The notes under the pieces are model-generated. The model saw only the letters and a program-made list of their open reading frames with translations. It searched no databases and was not told the DNA's origin. Made by a program: the position numbers and the translations under genes. DNA of 53,467 nucleotides, taken from positions 1-53,467 of the forward strand of contig JAUZPX010000001.1 in NCBI GenBank assembly GCA_030705695.1. Reading direction: 5' to 3'. Shown piece after piece: positions 9,368-20,118 of this stretch; position 1 is the stretch's first letter; every line of letters starts with the position of its first letter. This DNA is from Bacillota bacterium. Its GTDB lineage: Bacteria; Bacillota; Clostridia; Oscillospirales; Acutalibacteraceae.

Positions 9368-9850
9368 CTATTGCTTATTTAATCTTGCCAAAATTTCGTC
9401 ATGAATGCACGTAGGGACAAAGTTACTTATATCACCTTTAAGCGACGCAACCTGCTTAACTATACTGGAACTTAAATACATATACTCGGAATTACAAGTT
9501 AAAAAAACCGTTTCCAAGTCGGGGTTTAACTTTTTATTTGTAAGCGCCATCATGAATTCATATTCAAAGTCGGAAAGAGCCCTAAGGCCTTTCACAACAG
9601 CCACAGCATTCTTTTCTCTTGCATATTCTGCCAAAAGTCCTTTAAATCCGACAATTTCGAGATTGTGCAATTCCTTTGTTGATTCCTCAATAAAACGAAT
9701 TCTCTCTTCAAGGGAAAAGCACGGAGTTTTTTCAAGATTGCTGAGCACTGCAACTATTACATGATCAAACATTTTGGAAGCACGTGTAATAATATCTAAA
9801 TGGCCCAGCGTTATCGGATCAAAGCTGCCGGGGCAAATTACAGTTTTCAA
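9368..9850 (-). CDS. coaD: Phosphopantetheine adenylyltransferase CoaD
   Basis: N-terminal CPGSFDPITLGHLDII nucleotidyltransferase motif, 160 aa, paired with rsmD as in many Firmicutes. Confidence 0.95.
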   Translation of the reverse strand: MKTVICPGSFDPITLGHLDIITRASKMFDHVIVAVLSNLEKTPCFSLEERIRFIEESTKELHNLEIVGFKGLLAEYAREKNAVAVVKGLRALSDFEYEFMMALTNKKLNPDLETVFLTCNSEYMYLSSSIVKQVASLKGDISNFVPTCIHDEILARLNKQ

Positions 9851-9875
9851 ATGACTCTCTCCTTATTTTCAGAAG

Positions 9876-10430
9876 CTATTCATTATCTAAAAAGCTTCTG
9901 TGGCAATAAGTTACTATTTTTATTTTACCATAGTGATACTCTCTGTCAAGCATAAATTCATTTATTTCTAGTGGTAAATTATCGTTTCTTGACGTTTCAC
10001 ATAAAATAATGCCGCTTATTTGCATATGATTTGCCACATCAGGCAAAACTTTTTGCAAGATTCCCGTATTGTATGGCGGATCTAAAAATGCTATGTCAAA
10101 TTTACCGTTATTTTGCCTTAAAAAGTCAAGTGAATTAATTTGCAAGACTTTTGCATTTTTAATAAGTCCGGTAAAATTCAAGTTCTTCTTTATTATTTCT
10201 ATCGATTTATAATTAGAATCCACAAATACGCTTTCCGCTGCACCACGGCTTAGAGCTTCAATGCCCATTTGTCCGCTGCCCGCAAAAAGATCGAGAAAGC
10301 GCCTGCCCTCAGTTTGAAATTGAATCATGCTGAAAACCGCCTCTTTGACACGGTCAGTTGTCGGGCGTACATCGTCCCCCTCAAGTGTTTTAAGACGTTT
10401 TCCGCGAGCTAAGCCTGTAATGACACGCAT
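9876..10430 (-). CDS. rsmD: 16S rRNA (guanine966-N2)-methyltransferase RsmD
   Basis: MRVITG..RG..L......VRPTTDRVKEAVF N-terminus and the DPPY motif (FLDPPYN). Confidence 0.9.
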   Translation of the reverse strand: MRVITGLARGKRLKTLEGDDVRPTTDRVKEAVFSMIQFQTEGRRFLDLFAGSGQMGIEALSRGAAESVFVDSNYKSIEIIKKNLNFTGLIKNAKVLQINSLDFLRQNNGKFDIAFLDPPYNTGILQKVLPDVANHMQISGIILCETSRNDNLPLEINEFMLDREYHYGKIKIVTYCHRSFLDNE

Positions 10431-10506
10431 ATGATTTCTCCTTGATTTTTAATCTTAATTAGTATTATAATTCGGATTTGTCTTTAATTAATTCCTGCAA
10501 TAAATT

Positions 10507-12348
10507 TTAAACATTTTCTTTATTATTATGAAAATATTTATAAACAGCCTTAGCCGTATATTTGTTCATTGTCGGAGCGCCTTCCAATTCTTTTAATTCT
10601 GCTTCGCTAATCCGCTTTACAGTTTTAAAATATTTTAAAAGCGCTTTGGCACGTGTTGCGCCGATGCCATCAATCTCTGTAAGAGAGCTTGAAAAAGCTG
10701 ATTTACTTCGTTTTTGGCGGTGGTAGCCGATTGCAAATCTATGAACTTCATCTTGAATGTTTGAAATAAAAGTAAAAACCCGACGTTTTGAATTGATGAC
10801 AATTTCTCCGCCATCCGACGCAATAGCCCGAGTATGGTGTCTGCTGTCTTTAACCATACCGAAAAGCGGAACGTTGATTCCTTTTGCTTCCAAAACAGGC
10901 TTTACAGCAGTTATCTGCCCCTTGCCTCCATCAAGCAAAATTAAATCGGGTAGTCTTCCAAAGCCTTCACCGCTTTCCTTATGCTTTTTGTATTCTTCAA
11001 AGCGGCGTGTCAGAACCTCATTCATAGAAGCATAATCATCCTGCCCTTGAAAGCTTTTTATTTTAAATTTACGGTATGCTGATTTAAGCGGACGGCTGTT
11101 CTCATACACTACCATACCTGCTACATTTTCGCTCCCGGAAGTATTTGAAATATCGTAGGCTTCAATATATTCGGGGATTTTTAATAATCCCAACACCTCT
11201 TTCAGTTCTTCCAAAACTGAAAGCTCTTTCCCTGTAACGCCTTTTGTCTGAGCAATACGTTCGGCTGCATTGTTTTTACACATAGCCACAAGTTCTGCCT
11301 GCTCTCCTCGCTGAGGAATTGTCAGACGAACTTTGTGATGCGCTTTTTCAGAAAGCCAGCTCGCAAGCACTTCTGCATCTTGAATTTCGCCGTCTAAAGC
11401 TATTATTTTCGGAATATTGTTACGCATAGAATAGTAACGGGAAATAAACTCGCTGCGAGCTTCGGAGATCTCGCCGACATCGTCAATAATGAAATCTTCA
11501 CGGTCAGTCAGACGCCCTCCGTTAAAACGAAACACCTCAAAACAGCCACCGGAACTGTCACCAGAAAAAGCAATTATATCTTGCTCTTTTACCGCAGCCG
11601 AAACAGTTTTCTGTTTTTGGCTCATTTTTTTAATCATGCTTATTCTGTCACGAATCTTTGCGGCATGCTCATATTCCATATTTTCTGCTGCCTGCTCCAT
11701 CTTCTTTTGCAATCCGCTTAGTGATGCGTTGCCGCCTGCTTTCAGAAAATCAATAGCGTCATCTACATATTCGTTGTATTCTTTCAACGTCATTTTGCCT
11801 CGGCACGGCGCACAGCATTGTTTAATATGATAATTAAGGCACGGACGGCCTTTACCGAAATCCTGAGGAAACCTACGTGTACAGTCAGGCAACTTAAAGA
11901 TTTTTTTAGCTTCATCGAGTGAATTTCTAACATAGAATGAACTTGTATACGGTCCTATATATTCGGCTCCGTCGTCTGCTTTTTGAAACACATGACTGAG
12001 TCTTCGCCATGGCTCGTTTGATATCCTTACGTAATTATAACCTTTATCATCTTTAAGTAAAATATTGTATTTAGGCTGATGAAGCTTAATAAGGCTATTT
12101 TCAAGCGCAAGAGCTTCATTTTCGCTGTCTGCGATAATATACTCAAAATCTTCTACATTTTCTACCATGCGGCGGACTTTTTCCTGATGGTTCTTCTGTG
12201 ACCCAAAATATTGGCTAACACGGTTTTTTAGGGCTTTTGCCTTACCGACATAGATAACATTACCGTTTTTATCACGCATGATATACACGCCGGGTGACAG
12301 TGGCAATTTCATGGATTTTTTACGCAATTCCAGGATTTTGGAATTCAT
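10507..12348 (-). CDS. uvrC: Excinuclease ABC subunit C UvrC
   Basis: GIY-YIG block (GVYIMRDKNGNVIYVGKAKALKNRVSQYF), a UVR domain, and a C-terminal HhH (IDGIGATRAKALLKYF). The ATG at 12348 has a GGAGG SD, and the track's 19-aa N-terminal extension is unlikely. Confidence 0.95.
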   Translation of the reverse strand: MNSKILELRKKSMKLPLSPGVYIMRDKNGNVIYVGKAKALKNRVSQYFGSQKNHQEKVRRMVENVEDFEYIIADSENEALALENSLIKLHQPKYNILLKDDKGYNYVRISNEPWRRLSHVFQKADDGAEYIGPYTSSFYVRNSLDEAKKIFKLPDCTRRFPQDFGKGRPCLNYHIKQCCAPCRGKMTLKEYNEYVDDAIDFLKAGGNASLSGLQKKMEQAAENMEYEHAAKIRDRISMIKKMSQKQKTVSAAVKEQDIIAFSGDSSGGCFEVFRFNGGRLTDREDFIIDDVGEISEARSEFISRYYSMRNNIPKIIALDGEIQDAEVLASWLSEKAHHKVRLTIPQRGEQAELVAMCKNNAAERIAQTKGVTGKELSVLEELKEVLGLLKIPEYIEAYDISNTSGSENVAGMVVYENSRPLKSAYRKFKIKSFQGQDDYASMNEVLTRRFEEYKKHKESGEGFGRLPDLILLDGGKGQITAVKPVLEAKGINVPLFGMVKDSRHHTRAIASDGGEIVINSKRRVFTFISNIQDEVHRFAIGYHRQKRSKSAFSSSLTEIDGIGATRAKALLKYFKTVKRISEAELKELEGAPTMNKYTAKAVYKYFHNNKENV

Positions 12349-12426
12349 TTTGAAACGCCTCCTGTCAGAATAATAGAAAAAAGCACCGACATTCAGACGG
12401 TGCATTGATTAACATATTTTTTTGAA

Positions 12427-12693
12427 TTATTGATCTGTAAAACCTGATTCAATCAACTTTACAAGACCGTTTACGGCTTCTTGTTCATCAGCACCGTCAG
12501 CACTGATTTCAATTGTTGTTCCGCCGACAATTCCCAAAGAGAGAACACCAAGCAAACTTTTTGCGTTGACGCGTCTTTCTTCTTTTTCAACCCAAATCGT
12601 TGACTTATATTCGTTTGCTTTCTGAATAAAAAACGTTGCAGGACGTGCATGTAGTCCAACTTGATTTTGAACATTGACTTGTTTTACAAACAT
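12427..12693 (-). CDS. ptsH: Phosphocarrier protein HPr
   Basis: Both the His15 context (GLHARPA) and the Ser46 context (NAKSLLGV) are present. The likely start is the ATG at 12693 (MFVKQVNV). Confidence 0.9.
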   Translation of the reverse strand: MFVKQVNVQNQVGLHARPATFFIQKANEYKSTIWVEKEERRVNAKSLLGVLSLGIVGGTTIEISADGADEQEAVNGLVKLIESGFTDQ

Positions 12694-12763
12694 TTTTATA
12701 ACCCTCTCAATCGGAATCATTTATTCATATACAGCTTTTAAATAAGAACACTTCTTTGCATAT

Positions 12764-12791
12764 ATTATATCACAATAAAAAAAGCCGTCAA
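12764..12791 (-). promoter_or_regulatory. Sigma-A-type promoter upstream of ptsH
   Basis: Minus strand: TTGACG, a 16-nt spacer, then TATAAT. Confidence 0.5.
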
Positions 12792-12995
12792 TCAATTAAC
12801 CACAAATTCGGATTGATGAACGATTGAGGTCATTTCAACAGGACTGATTATTGTGCATCTTAACTAATAATTTTCTGTTTTTTTGCAAATAATCACTTTA
12901 ATGTTTTATACTGTTAAATTACTAAACTGATTGCGAAAAATTATTATTAAAAATGACAAGTTGAATTTAAAACTGCATTTTGATTTTGAAATTAG

Positions 12996-13703
12996 TTATT
13001 CTTCTTTTTTTGATAAATATGCTTCAAAAAGATCAGGACGATTTTTCTTTGTTCTATTTAAAGATTGTTCAAAACGCCATCTTTGAATATTAGCGTGATG
13101 ACCGGAAGTAAGTACGTCAGGAACTTCTTTGTCTCGCCAAGGGTTCGGGCGAGTATACTGCGGATATTCCAACAGTCCCCCATAATGGCTTTCTTCTTCA
13201 AAACATTCGTCATCTGACAAAACACCAGGAACCATACGACTAATTGCATCTGCCAAAACAAGCATGGGCAGTTCTCCGCCTGTAAGTACGTAGTCTCCGA
13301 TTGAAATTTGCTCGTCCACAAACTCTTCAATCACCCGTTCGTCGACACCCTCATAATGCCCACATAAAATGCAGACATTTTCATGGTTGGCAATTTCCCT
13401 GACTTTATTTTGGGTAAGCGTTTTCCCTTGGGGCGACATATAAATAAAATGCGGACGTTTACCTAACTTTTTGCATATATCTTCAAAACACAGTGCAATC
13501 GGTTCCGCCATTAAAAGCATCCCCATTCCGCCGCCGTAGGGGCAATCATCTACACGATTATGCTTGTCAATAGCATAATCACGATGCTGATGGCAATCAA
13601 TCTCAAGAGCGCCCTTGGTCTGTGCTCTGCCGATAATACTCTCGTTCATGACAGTTTCGCACATTTCTGGGAATAATGTGATTAAATCAATCCTCATCGT
13701 CAA
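12996..13703 (-). CDS. trmD: tRNA (guanine37-N1)-methyltransferase TrmD
   Basis: MRIDLITLFPEM start, YGGGMGM and SIGDYVLTGGE motifs. It overlaps the rimM stop. Confidence 0.95.
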   Translation of the reverse strand: MTMRIDLITLFPEMCETVMNESIIGRAQTKGALEIDCHQHRDYAIDKHNRVDDCPYGGGMGMLLMAEPIALCFEDICKKLGKRPHFIYMSPQGKTLTQNKVREIANHENVCILCGHYEGVDERVIEEFVDEQISIGDYVLTGGELPMLVLADAISRMVPGVLSDDECFEEESHYGGLLEYPQYTRPNPWRDKEVPDVLTSGHHANIQRWRFEQSLNRTKKNRPDLFEAYLSKKEE

Positions 13704-14202
13704 ATATTCCTTTCAACGGACGAATAATCAATTCTTCCTTTTCGATATCGGTAGAGATAATTACATCGGGAATTGCCGGAATATAATACTTCTTGCCATC
13801 AGGTGCCATAACTTCATAAACATCATTGGCACCTGTTTTCAGAACATCGCTTACTTTACCGTAAACTGCCTGAGTATCTGCATCGATAACGGAAAGCCCA
13901 ATAATATCCTGAACAAAAAAAGTTTCTTCGGAAAGTTTTATTTCATCACGATTCATATAAAGAACTTTTCCACGCATCATGTCTGCCTGCTGTACGGTTT
14001 CAATACCGTCAGCTAGAATTATTACAATATTTTTATGTGGACGAGCCTGTTTGATTTTCAAGCAATCTTTCCCGTTATTGAAATATAAAGTTTTAAATTG
14101 GCACAGAAACTCGGGGCTGTCGCACCAAGCTTCCACTCGCATTTCTCCACGGAGTCCGTGGGTAGACACAATTTTACCTATTTCTAAAAATTGTTTTTGC
14201 AT
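13687..14202 (-). CDS. rimM: 16S rRNA processing protein RimM
   Basis: IGKIVSTHGLRGEMRV N-terminal RimM signature plus a PRC-barrel C-terminus. It lies directly upstream of trmD. Confidence 0.9.
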   Translation of the reverse strand: MQKQFLEIGKIVSTHGLRGEMRVEAWCDSPEFLCQFKTLYFNNGKDCLKIKQARPHKNIVIILADGIETVQQADMMRGKVLYMNRDEIKLSEETFFVQDIIGLSVIDADTQAVYGKVSDVLKTGANDVYEVMAPDGKKYYIPAIPDVIISTDIEKEELIIRPLKGIFDDED

Positions 14203-14509
14203 AAAGTTCTCCGTTCATATTTTCAAACAATTATTATATGATTTTGTTATTTTAATAAAATATTAAATCCACAGTATTCTTTACGTTTTATCGCAAATTA
14301 TTTTAGCACAATTTGCACGACAGTAGCAATCATTTTATTTGCAGTTTACCATAAAAAGTATAAAATCTATAAAATTTCTAAAATAGTTAGATTTTAGGTT
14401 GTAGAATTGCAAAAAAATATATATAATATAGGTTGAACTATTTTTTAATAAAATTAAAGTTATTTTCGTGTGTTTATAAAAGATTAACGATTTGTAAAGG
14501 GGAATATTC

Positions 14510-15523
14510 ATGTTTTCATTTTCGAAAGACATCGGCATCGATTTAGGTACTGCTAATACCCTTGTTTTCATGAAAGGCAAAGGTATCGTTATGCGTGAGC
14601 CATCGGTCGTTGCGGTTGACCTGCGCACCGAAACCGTTTTGGCAGTCGGCTCTCAGGCAAAAGAAATGATCGGCAGAACACCTGGGTCTATTGTAGCTGT
14701 TCGCCCGTTAAAAGACGGCGTTATTGCTAACTTTAATATAACATCTACAATGCTGAAGCACTTCATTCGCAAGGCGGTAAAAGCAAATTTCTTTAATCGC
14801 CCAAGAATTGTCATTTGTATTCCTTCAGGCGTTACCGACGTAGAGCGCAGAGCCGTTGAAGATGCTGCACGTCAAGCAGGCGGTAGAGACGTTGAGCTTA
14901 TTGAAGAACCAATGGCAGCAGCAATAGGAGCAGGACTTCCTGTAGCCGAGCCTGCTGGCAGCATGGTTGTTGATATCGGCGGAGGAACAAGTGAAGTTGC
15001 TGTTATTTCACTGGGCGATATCGTAACGGCCGTTTCCGTACGTGTTGGCGGAGATAAATTCGATGACGCTATTATCACATATGTTAAGAAAAAATTCAAT
15101 CTTCTTATCGGTGAGCGCACTGCTGAAGATGTTAAAATCCAAATCGGATCAGCATTCCCTTATGCAGATGAGCAAAGCATGACCATGAAGGGCAGAAACC
15201 TTATGGACGGCTTGCCGAAAGACATTGTGATTACTGCCGAGGAAGTAAGAGATGCGCTTGCAGATCCGCTGGCAATTATTGTTGACGCTATAATTAACAC
15301 ACTCGAGAAAACACCTCCTGAACTTTCGGCAGACATTATTGACCACGGTATAATGCTTACAGGCGGCGGTGCATTGCTTCGTGGCTTGGATATGCTTATT
15401 TCGCAGGAAACAGGTATGCCTGTTCATATTGCTGAACGTCCTTTGGATTGCGTTGTTGATGGCACCGGCAAACGCCTTGAACTGACAATGCCTGACGAAT
15501 ATTACCGTTCAAGAAGAAGATAA
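14510..15523 (+). CDS. mreB: Rod-shape-determining actin homologue MreB
   Basis: [13 protein letters not shown] phosphate-1 motif and [15 protein letters not shown]. It is followed by mreC and mreD. Confidence 0.95.
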   Translation: MFSFSKDIGIDLGTANTLVFMKGKGIVMREPSVVAVDLRTETVLAVGSQAKEMIGRTPGSIVAVRPLKDGVIANFNITSTMLKHFIRKAVKANFFNRPRIVICIPSGVTDVERRAVEDAARQAGGRDVELIEEPMAAAIGAGLPVAEPAGSMVVDIGGGTSEVAVISLGDIVTAVSVRVGGDKFDDAIITYVKKKFNLLIGERTAEDVKIQIGSAFPYADEQSMTMKGRNLMDGLPKDIVITAEEVRDALADPLAIIVDAIINTLEKTPPELSADIIDHGIMLTGGGALLRGLDMLISQETGMPVHIAERPLDCVVDGTGKRLELTMPDEYYRSRRR

Positions 15524-15577
15524 AGAGCAATTTGCTACTAATTTGATTTTTTCACGAAAGGTGATGAATCACCGTTA

Positions 15578-16480
15578 ATGAGCGATTTTTTTAAAAGTGT
15601 TGGTTTTAAAATTCTAATGGGGGTTATCAGCCTTCTTTTAGTTCTTATTGTTATTTCCGCTGCAACGGGTGTCCCGATTCTTGCAAACGTAGCAGGATTT
15701 ATTACTTCACCGCTGAATTCAGCATCTGCCAATGCCGTGAAAAATCTTGATGCAACTAAAAAATCGGCTGCCGAACTTCAAGCTGAAAACGACAAACTTG
15801 AAAGCCAAATTGAAACTTTACGAACACAGCTTGTTGATTATTACAATCTTAAACAGGAAAATGTACGTCTTTGGAAATATTACGACATCAAAGTTAAAAA
15901 TCCAAGCTACGACATGATGCCTGCGGCTGTTATACGTCGTGATCCTAATGAAAATTTCTATTCTTTTACTGCTGATAAAGGGCTTTTAGCAGGTGTAAGC
16001 GTTAACGACCCCGTTATTACTGAAAACGGATTAATCGGTTGGGTGGATAAAGTCGGAACAACAACCTGCACAGTAAAAACCATTTTGTCACCAGATACAA
16101 AAGTAGGCGTTATTGATAAAAATTCCCGTGACAGCGGTGTAATAAGCGGCGGTACTAAATACGCTGATCAAAACAAAACCATGATGACACAGATTTCTGC
16201 AAAAAATACAATTAAACCTGGTGATATCGTTACCACAACTGGTATTGGCGGTATTTATCCGCCAAACATAATCGTTGGAGAAGTCAGCGAATTGAAATAT
16301 AACGATTTCGACACTTCTCTTTACGCTGTAATCAAGCCATATGAAGACGTTAAAAATGTCAAAGACGTCGTTATTATTACAGGATTTACAGGTCAGGGAG
16401 AAATCTCAATAAAGAATCCGCTTTCTACCGTATCTCCGACACAACCGTCAACAACTCCTGCAACGGGGGCAACGCAGTAA
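15578..16480 (+). CDS. mreC: Rod-shape-determining protein MreC
   Basis: N-terminal TM, a coiled coil (ELQAENDKLESQIETLRTQL), then a beta-rich domain with the GIGGIYPPNIIVGEV motif. Confidence 0.85.
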   Translation: MSDFFKSVGFKILMGVISLLLVLIVISAATGVPILANVAGFITSPLNSASANAVKNLDATKKSAAELQAENDKLESQIETLRTQLVDYYNLKQENVRLWKYYDIKVKNPSYDMMPAAVIRRDPNENFYSFTADKGLLAGVSVNDPVITENGLIGWVDKVGTTTCTVKTILSPDTKVGVIDKNSRDSGVISGGTKYADQNKTMMTQISAKNTIKPGDIVTTTGIGGIYPPNIIVGEVSELKYNDFDTSLYAVIKPYEDVKNVKDVVIITGFTGQGEISIKNPLSTVSPTQPSTTPATGATQ

Positions 16481-16992
16481 TGGAAAGAAGATATTCTGCA
16501 ATTCGTTATCTGGCGTATATTATTGAAATAATTGTTTTTTACAGTCTGAGCAGTACTCCTGGACTCATCCCGAATATTTTTGGCGGAGCTCCAATTTTTC
16601 TTTTGCCTATTGCAATTACGATAGCTGTGTTTGAAAATGAAATTTCGGGAATGTTTATAGGATTATTCTGCGGTATCCTACTGGATGTTTGCGGAAGCTA
16701 TTCCCAAGGCTTTTTTGCAATAACTCTGGCAATTTTATGTTTCTTCTTGGGATTCTTAAGCGATAATTACATAAAAATTAAATTTCTAACTATTATTTTT
16801 ACAGCTGTTTTAATTATTGTTGTTCTGCTTTCTTTACATTTCTTTTTCTTCTTTGTTTTGCAGGACTACAGCGACAGCGGATGGTTTTTTATGCAGCATT
16901 ATCTTTCTAGGATTATCTGCACAATTGCGGTAACTCCTATCATTTATTTTTTAAACAAACTTCTTGCGGAAAATATAAGGGAACAAGCATAA
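16480..16992 (+). CDS. mreD: Rod-shape-determining protein MreD
   Basis: 170-aa polytopic membrane protein whose start overlaps the mreC stop (ATGA-type coupling). The call rests on position and topology. Confidence 0.7.
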   Translation: MERRYSAIRYLAYIIEIIVFYSLSSTPGLIPNIFGGAPIFLLPIAITIAVFENEISGMFIGLFCGILLDVCGSYSQGFFAITLAILCFFLGFLSDNYIKIKFLTIIFTAVLIIVVLLSLHFFFFFVLQDYSDSGWFFMQHYLSRIICTIAVTPIIYFLNKLLAENIREQA

Positions 16993-17058
16993 TTTGTTTT
17001 AGCTTATAAAATTCTAAAGCCCTTAACCGACAACTCATTTTTTCTTTACAAAAATATG

Positions 17059-17091
17059 CCGGGAGAGTGCTTGCTCTCCCGTTTGTTTTTT
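17059..17091 (+). terminator. Intrinsic terminator after mreD
   Basis: CCGGGAGAG-TGCTTG-CTCTCCCG hairpin followed by TTTGTTTTTT. Confidence 0.7.
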
Positions 17092-17107
17092 GAGTTAATT
17101 CCTAGCT

Positions 17108-19192
17108 TTGAAAGGATTAGGCACTTTTATGGAAAATCAAGTTTCACACAATCGTTTACGAACAGTCATTTGCCTTGTCCTGATAATGGCAATTTTTACA
17201 ACATTTACAGCAAGGCTTTATGATTGGCAGATTACTCAATCGTCAAAATACCGCTCTGTAGCTGAAGCGTCAACCGGATATACAGTAAAAACCGATGCTA
17301 CCCGCGGTGAGATCCTTGATCGCAACGGCGCTTCGCTTGCCGTAAACGTAACGGGATATAAAATCGTGCTTAATAAACTGTATCTTGAAAGCGGAATTGA
17401 AAATCAGGTCATTGCACGGCTTATTGATCTTCTCGAAACCAGAAATGAAAAATGGGTTGATAATTTACCTATTAAACTTGATAGCAATGGGCATTTTTCT
17501 TTTATCAGCAATAAAAAAGATGAAATTGCAACTTTAGAAGGAAAAGATATGTTGAATATGAATTCTTATTCAACTGCCGATCAATGTATGGACAAGCTTA
17601 TTGCCCGTTATGGCGTAAAGGAATTTAACGACAAAAAGAAAAATCGTGACATTGCAAGCGTTCGCTATAATATGGAACTTTCTGGATATAATAACGAAAC
17701 ACCATATACATTTGCAACAGGTATCAGCCAGGACATGGTTGCTATTGTTTCGGAAAATTGCCAGGCAATCCCAGGAGTTGAGGTCCAAACCTCTATGATT
17801 CGTACCGATGAAAACGGTTCGTTAGCTCCGAATATTATAGGCACCACGGGATCTATAAGCGCAGATGAATATGCTCAGCTTAGCTCAAAAGGCTACGGAC
17901 TTAACGATACAGTCGGAAAAAGCGGCATTGAGGCTGCATTTGAAAGCTACCTAAGAGGTACTCCAGGCAGTGAAATTGTTGAAAGAACACCTGGAGGTTC
18001 AGTAATAAATACTTCAAGTATTCAAAATGCAAAACCTGGCGATACAGTTTATCTTACACTAGATTCAAAGCTTCAGGAAGTTGCCAACAAAGCGCTGAAA
18101 ACCAACATTGAAAAAGCCCGTGCCGCAGGATCTGCCGCTTGTGCCGCTACAGGAGGAAAACATCTTGGTGAAGACTGCCATGCAGGTGCTGTTGTAATGC
18201 TAAATGTAAAAGATTTTTCCGTTCTTGCCGCTGCAAGTTATCCAAGCTATGATTTGCAAAAATACACTTCCGACGATCAGTACTGTGAAGCTATAAACAA
18301 CGATAAAACTGCCCCGCTTTTTGACAGAGCATTTATAGGAAGCTTTGCACCTGGCTCAGTTTTTAAACCGATGGTTGCATTGGCTGCATTGCAAGAGCAT
18401 GTAATTACTCCAAATACGACTTATGATTGCGAGGGCGTTTACAAATATCCTACCAATTCATCATTCAAAGTATATTGCTGGGATCACAGCGGTCACGGCT
18501 ATTTGGATTTATACGGAGCAATAGCACAATCGTGCGACGTTTACTTTGCAAATGTCGGTATGCGTCTGGGAATTAGCTCAATGTATCAATATGCCGAGCG
18601 CTTTGGGCTTGGTGAAAAAACAGGCGTGGAAATCCCCGAATCCGTAGGTACCCTTGCAGGACGTGACAGCCAGAATTGGCAGGGCGGTAACGTAATTTCC
18701 GCTGCTATCGGTCAGTCAGACAACGCATTTACTCCTGCACAACTCGCTACTTACGTAGCTACTATAGCTAATAACGGCATACGATTAAAAACTCATTTGG
18801 TAAGCAAAATTACCGATTATACCCGTAAAAAAACAATAGTATATAATGACCCGAACAAGCCCGAAATTATAGGTACTACAGGCATTTCATCATCTAACCT
18901 TAAAGCTGTACAAGATGCAATGAGAGAAGACGTAACAAGCGAAAAAGGCACGGCATACAGCGCATTTGGAAACTATGGTATAGCAATTGCTTCAAAAACA
19001 GGAACAGCAGAAAATGATAGCGGAAGCGATCACACCACTTTCATCTGCTATGCCCCATATGATCATCCTCAGGTTGCCATCGCTGTTGTTTTGGAGCATG
19101 GAGCAAAGGGAACCTACTCTATGGGTGTAGCAAAAGCACTTTTGGATGAATATTTTAAATCCCAGCTGTCAAAATCTTCAACAAACCATTAA
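17108..19192 (+). CDS. mrdA: Class B penicillin-binding protein 2 (elongation-type transpeptidase)
   Basis: N-terminal TM, an SVFKP (SxxK) motif, and KTGTA. It follows mreBCD. The start could be TTG 17108 or ATG 17129. Confidence 0.85.
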   Translation: MKGLGTFMENQVSHNRLRTVICLVLIMAIFTTFTARLYDWQITQSSKYRSVAEASTGYTVKTDATRGEILDRNGASLAVNVTGYKIVLNKLYLESGIENQVIARLIDLLETRNEKWVDNLPIKLDSNGHFSFISNKKDEIATLEGKDMLNMNSYSTADQCMDKLIARYGVKEFNDKKKNRDIASVRYNMELSGYNNETPYTFATGISQDMVAIVSENCQAIPGVEVQTSMIRTDENGSLAPNIIGTTGSISADEYAQLSSKGYGLNDTVGKSGIEAAFESYLRGTPGSEIVERTPGGSVINTSSIQNAKPGDTVYLTLDSKLQEVANKALKTNIEKARAAGSAACAATGGKHLGEDCHAGAVVMLNVKDFSVLAAASYPSYDLQKYTSDDQYCEAINNDKTAPLFDRAFIGSFAPGSVFKPMVALAALQEHVITPNTTYDCEGVYKYPTNSSFKVYCWDHSGHGYLDLYGAIAQSCDVYFANVGMRLGISSMYQYAERFGLGEKTGVEIPESVGTLAGRDSQNWQGGNVISAAIGQSDNAFTPAQLATYVATIANNGIRLKTHLVSKITDYTRKKTIVYNDPNKPEIIGTTGISSSNLKAVQDAMREDVTSEKGTAYSAFGNYGIAIASKTGTAENDSGSDHTTFICYAPYDHPQVAIAVVLEHGAKGTYSMGVAKALLDEYFKSQLSKSSTNH

Positions 19193-19294
19193 TTTTGGTA
19201 GCTTTCGAAAACTTACTTTCGACTTATTTGCATTTTTTGTATAAAATGCACAAAATATCTTGTTTTTTTTCTCGGGGGAAATTTTCAAAATACT

Positions 19295-19323
19295 TTGACG
19301 AACGTTCCAAAATGTGTTAAAAT
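19295..19323 (+). promoter_or_regulatory. Sigma-A-type promoter upstream of minD
   Basis: TTGACG, a 17-nt spacer, then TAAAAT. Confidence 0.55.
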
Positions 19324-19343
19324 ATCTAACAAGAGGTAAAAAT

Positions 19344-20081
19344 ATGGGGAAAGTAATAGTTATTGCATCAGGCAAAGGCGGTACAGGTAAATCAACTGTG
19401 ACAGTCGGTTTGGGTTTAAGCCTTGTCAGGAATAAGAAAAAAGTCCTTCTTGTTGACTGTGACAGCGGTATGCGCGGGCTTGACATCATGCTTGGAATTG
19501 AGAAAAAATTAGTTTTCGATATTTCCGATCTCGTCAGCGGTGCCTGCAATATCGATTCTGCTGTCTATCCATGCCCCGATATCAATAACCTTTCTCTTAT
19601 AGCAGCTCCTCTTAACGCTCATGATGAACTAAGTCCTTTTGTGTTTAAAAAACTGATTGACAGCCTTCGCGAAAATTACGACTATATCATCATTGATTCT
19701 CCCGGCGGTGTCGGTAAAGGTTTTGAAGTTAGTTTTTTCCCGGCAGACGCTGCTATTATAGTTTCAAATGCAGAACCCACAAGTTTGCGTGGCTGTGTAA
19801 ATGTAAAAAGAAAATTGCTTAACCACGACTTTAAAGATATTCGTCTTGTAATAAATCGTTTTTCCAAAGCAAAGTTTATTAAGATGGGTTTTTACGAAGA
19901 CTTGGACAATGTTATTGACGTTGCCGAAACACAGCTTATCGGCATAATTCCTGATGATATTAAAACAGCTTCAATGATTCAAAAGGGTCATCCAAACGAT
20001 GTAAAATCTTCAGCTTTTGAAAATCTTGCAAAAAGGGTTCAAGGACAGAATGTTCCTTTAAATTTGAAAATACTTAAATAA
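19344..20081 (+). CDS. minD: MinD-family septum-site-determining ATPase
   Basis: Deviant Walker A SGKGGTGKST and MinD-like blocks (LLVDCDSGMRGLDIMLG, IIIDSPGG). The ATG at 19344 has an SD (AGAGG). No minC or minE is adjacent. Confidence 0.8.
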   Translation: MGKVIVIASGKGGTGKSTVTVGLGLSLVRNKKKVLLVDCDSGMRGLDIMLGIEKKLVFDISDLVSGACNIDSAVYPCPDINNLSLIAAPLNAHDELSPFVFKKLIDSLRENYDYIIIDSPGGVGKGFEVSFFPADAAIIVSNAEPTSLRGCVNVKRKLLNHDFKDIRLVINRFSKAKFIKMGFYEDLDNVIDVAETQLIGIIPDDIKTASMIQKGHPNDVKSSAFENLAKRVQGQNVPLNLKILK

Positions 20082-20118
20082 TTAATTCACATACATATTC
20101 TATTTTGGAGGGTTCAAC

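Noticed and set aside
14335-14628. 97-aa minus-strand ORF spanning the mreB start, and the similar 123-aa ORF at 19178-19549 spanning the minD start
   Set aside because: They overlap the 5' ends and promoters of strongly supported genes and run through AT-rich intergenic DNA. Their composition is not protein-like.
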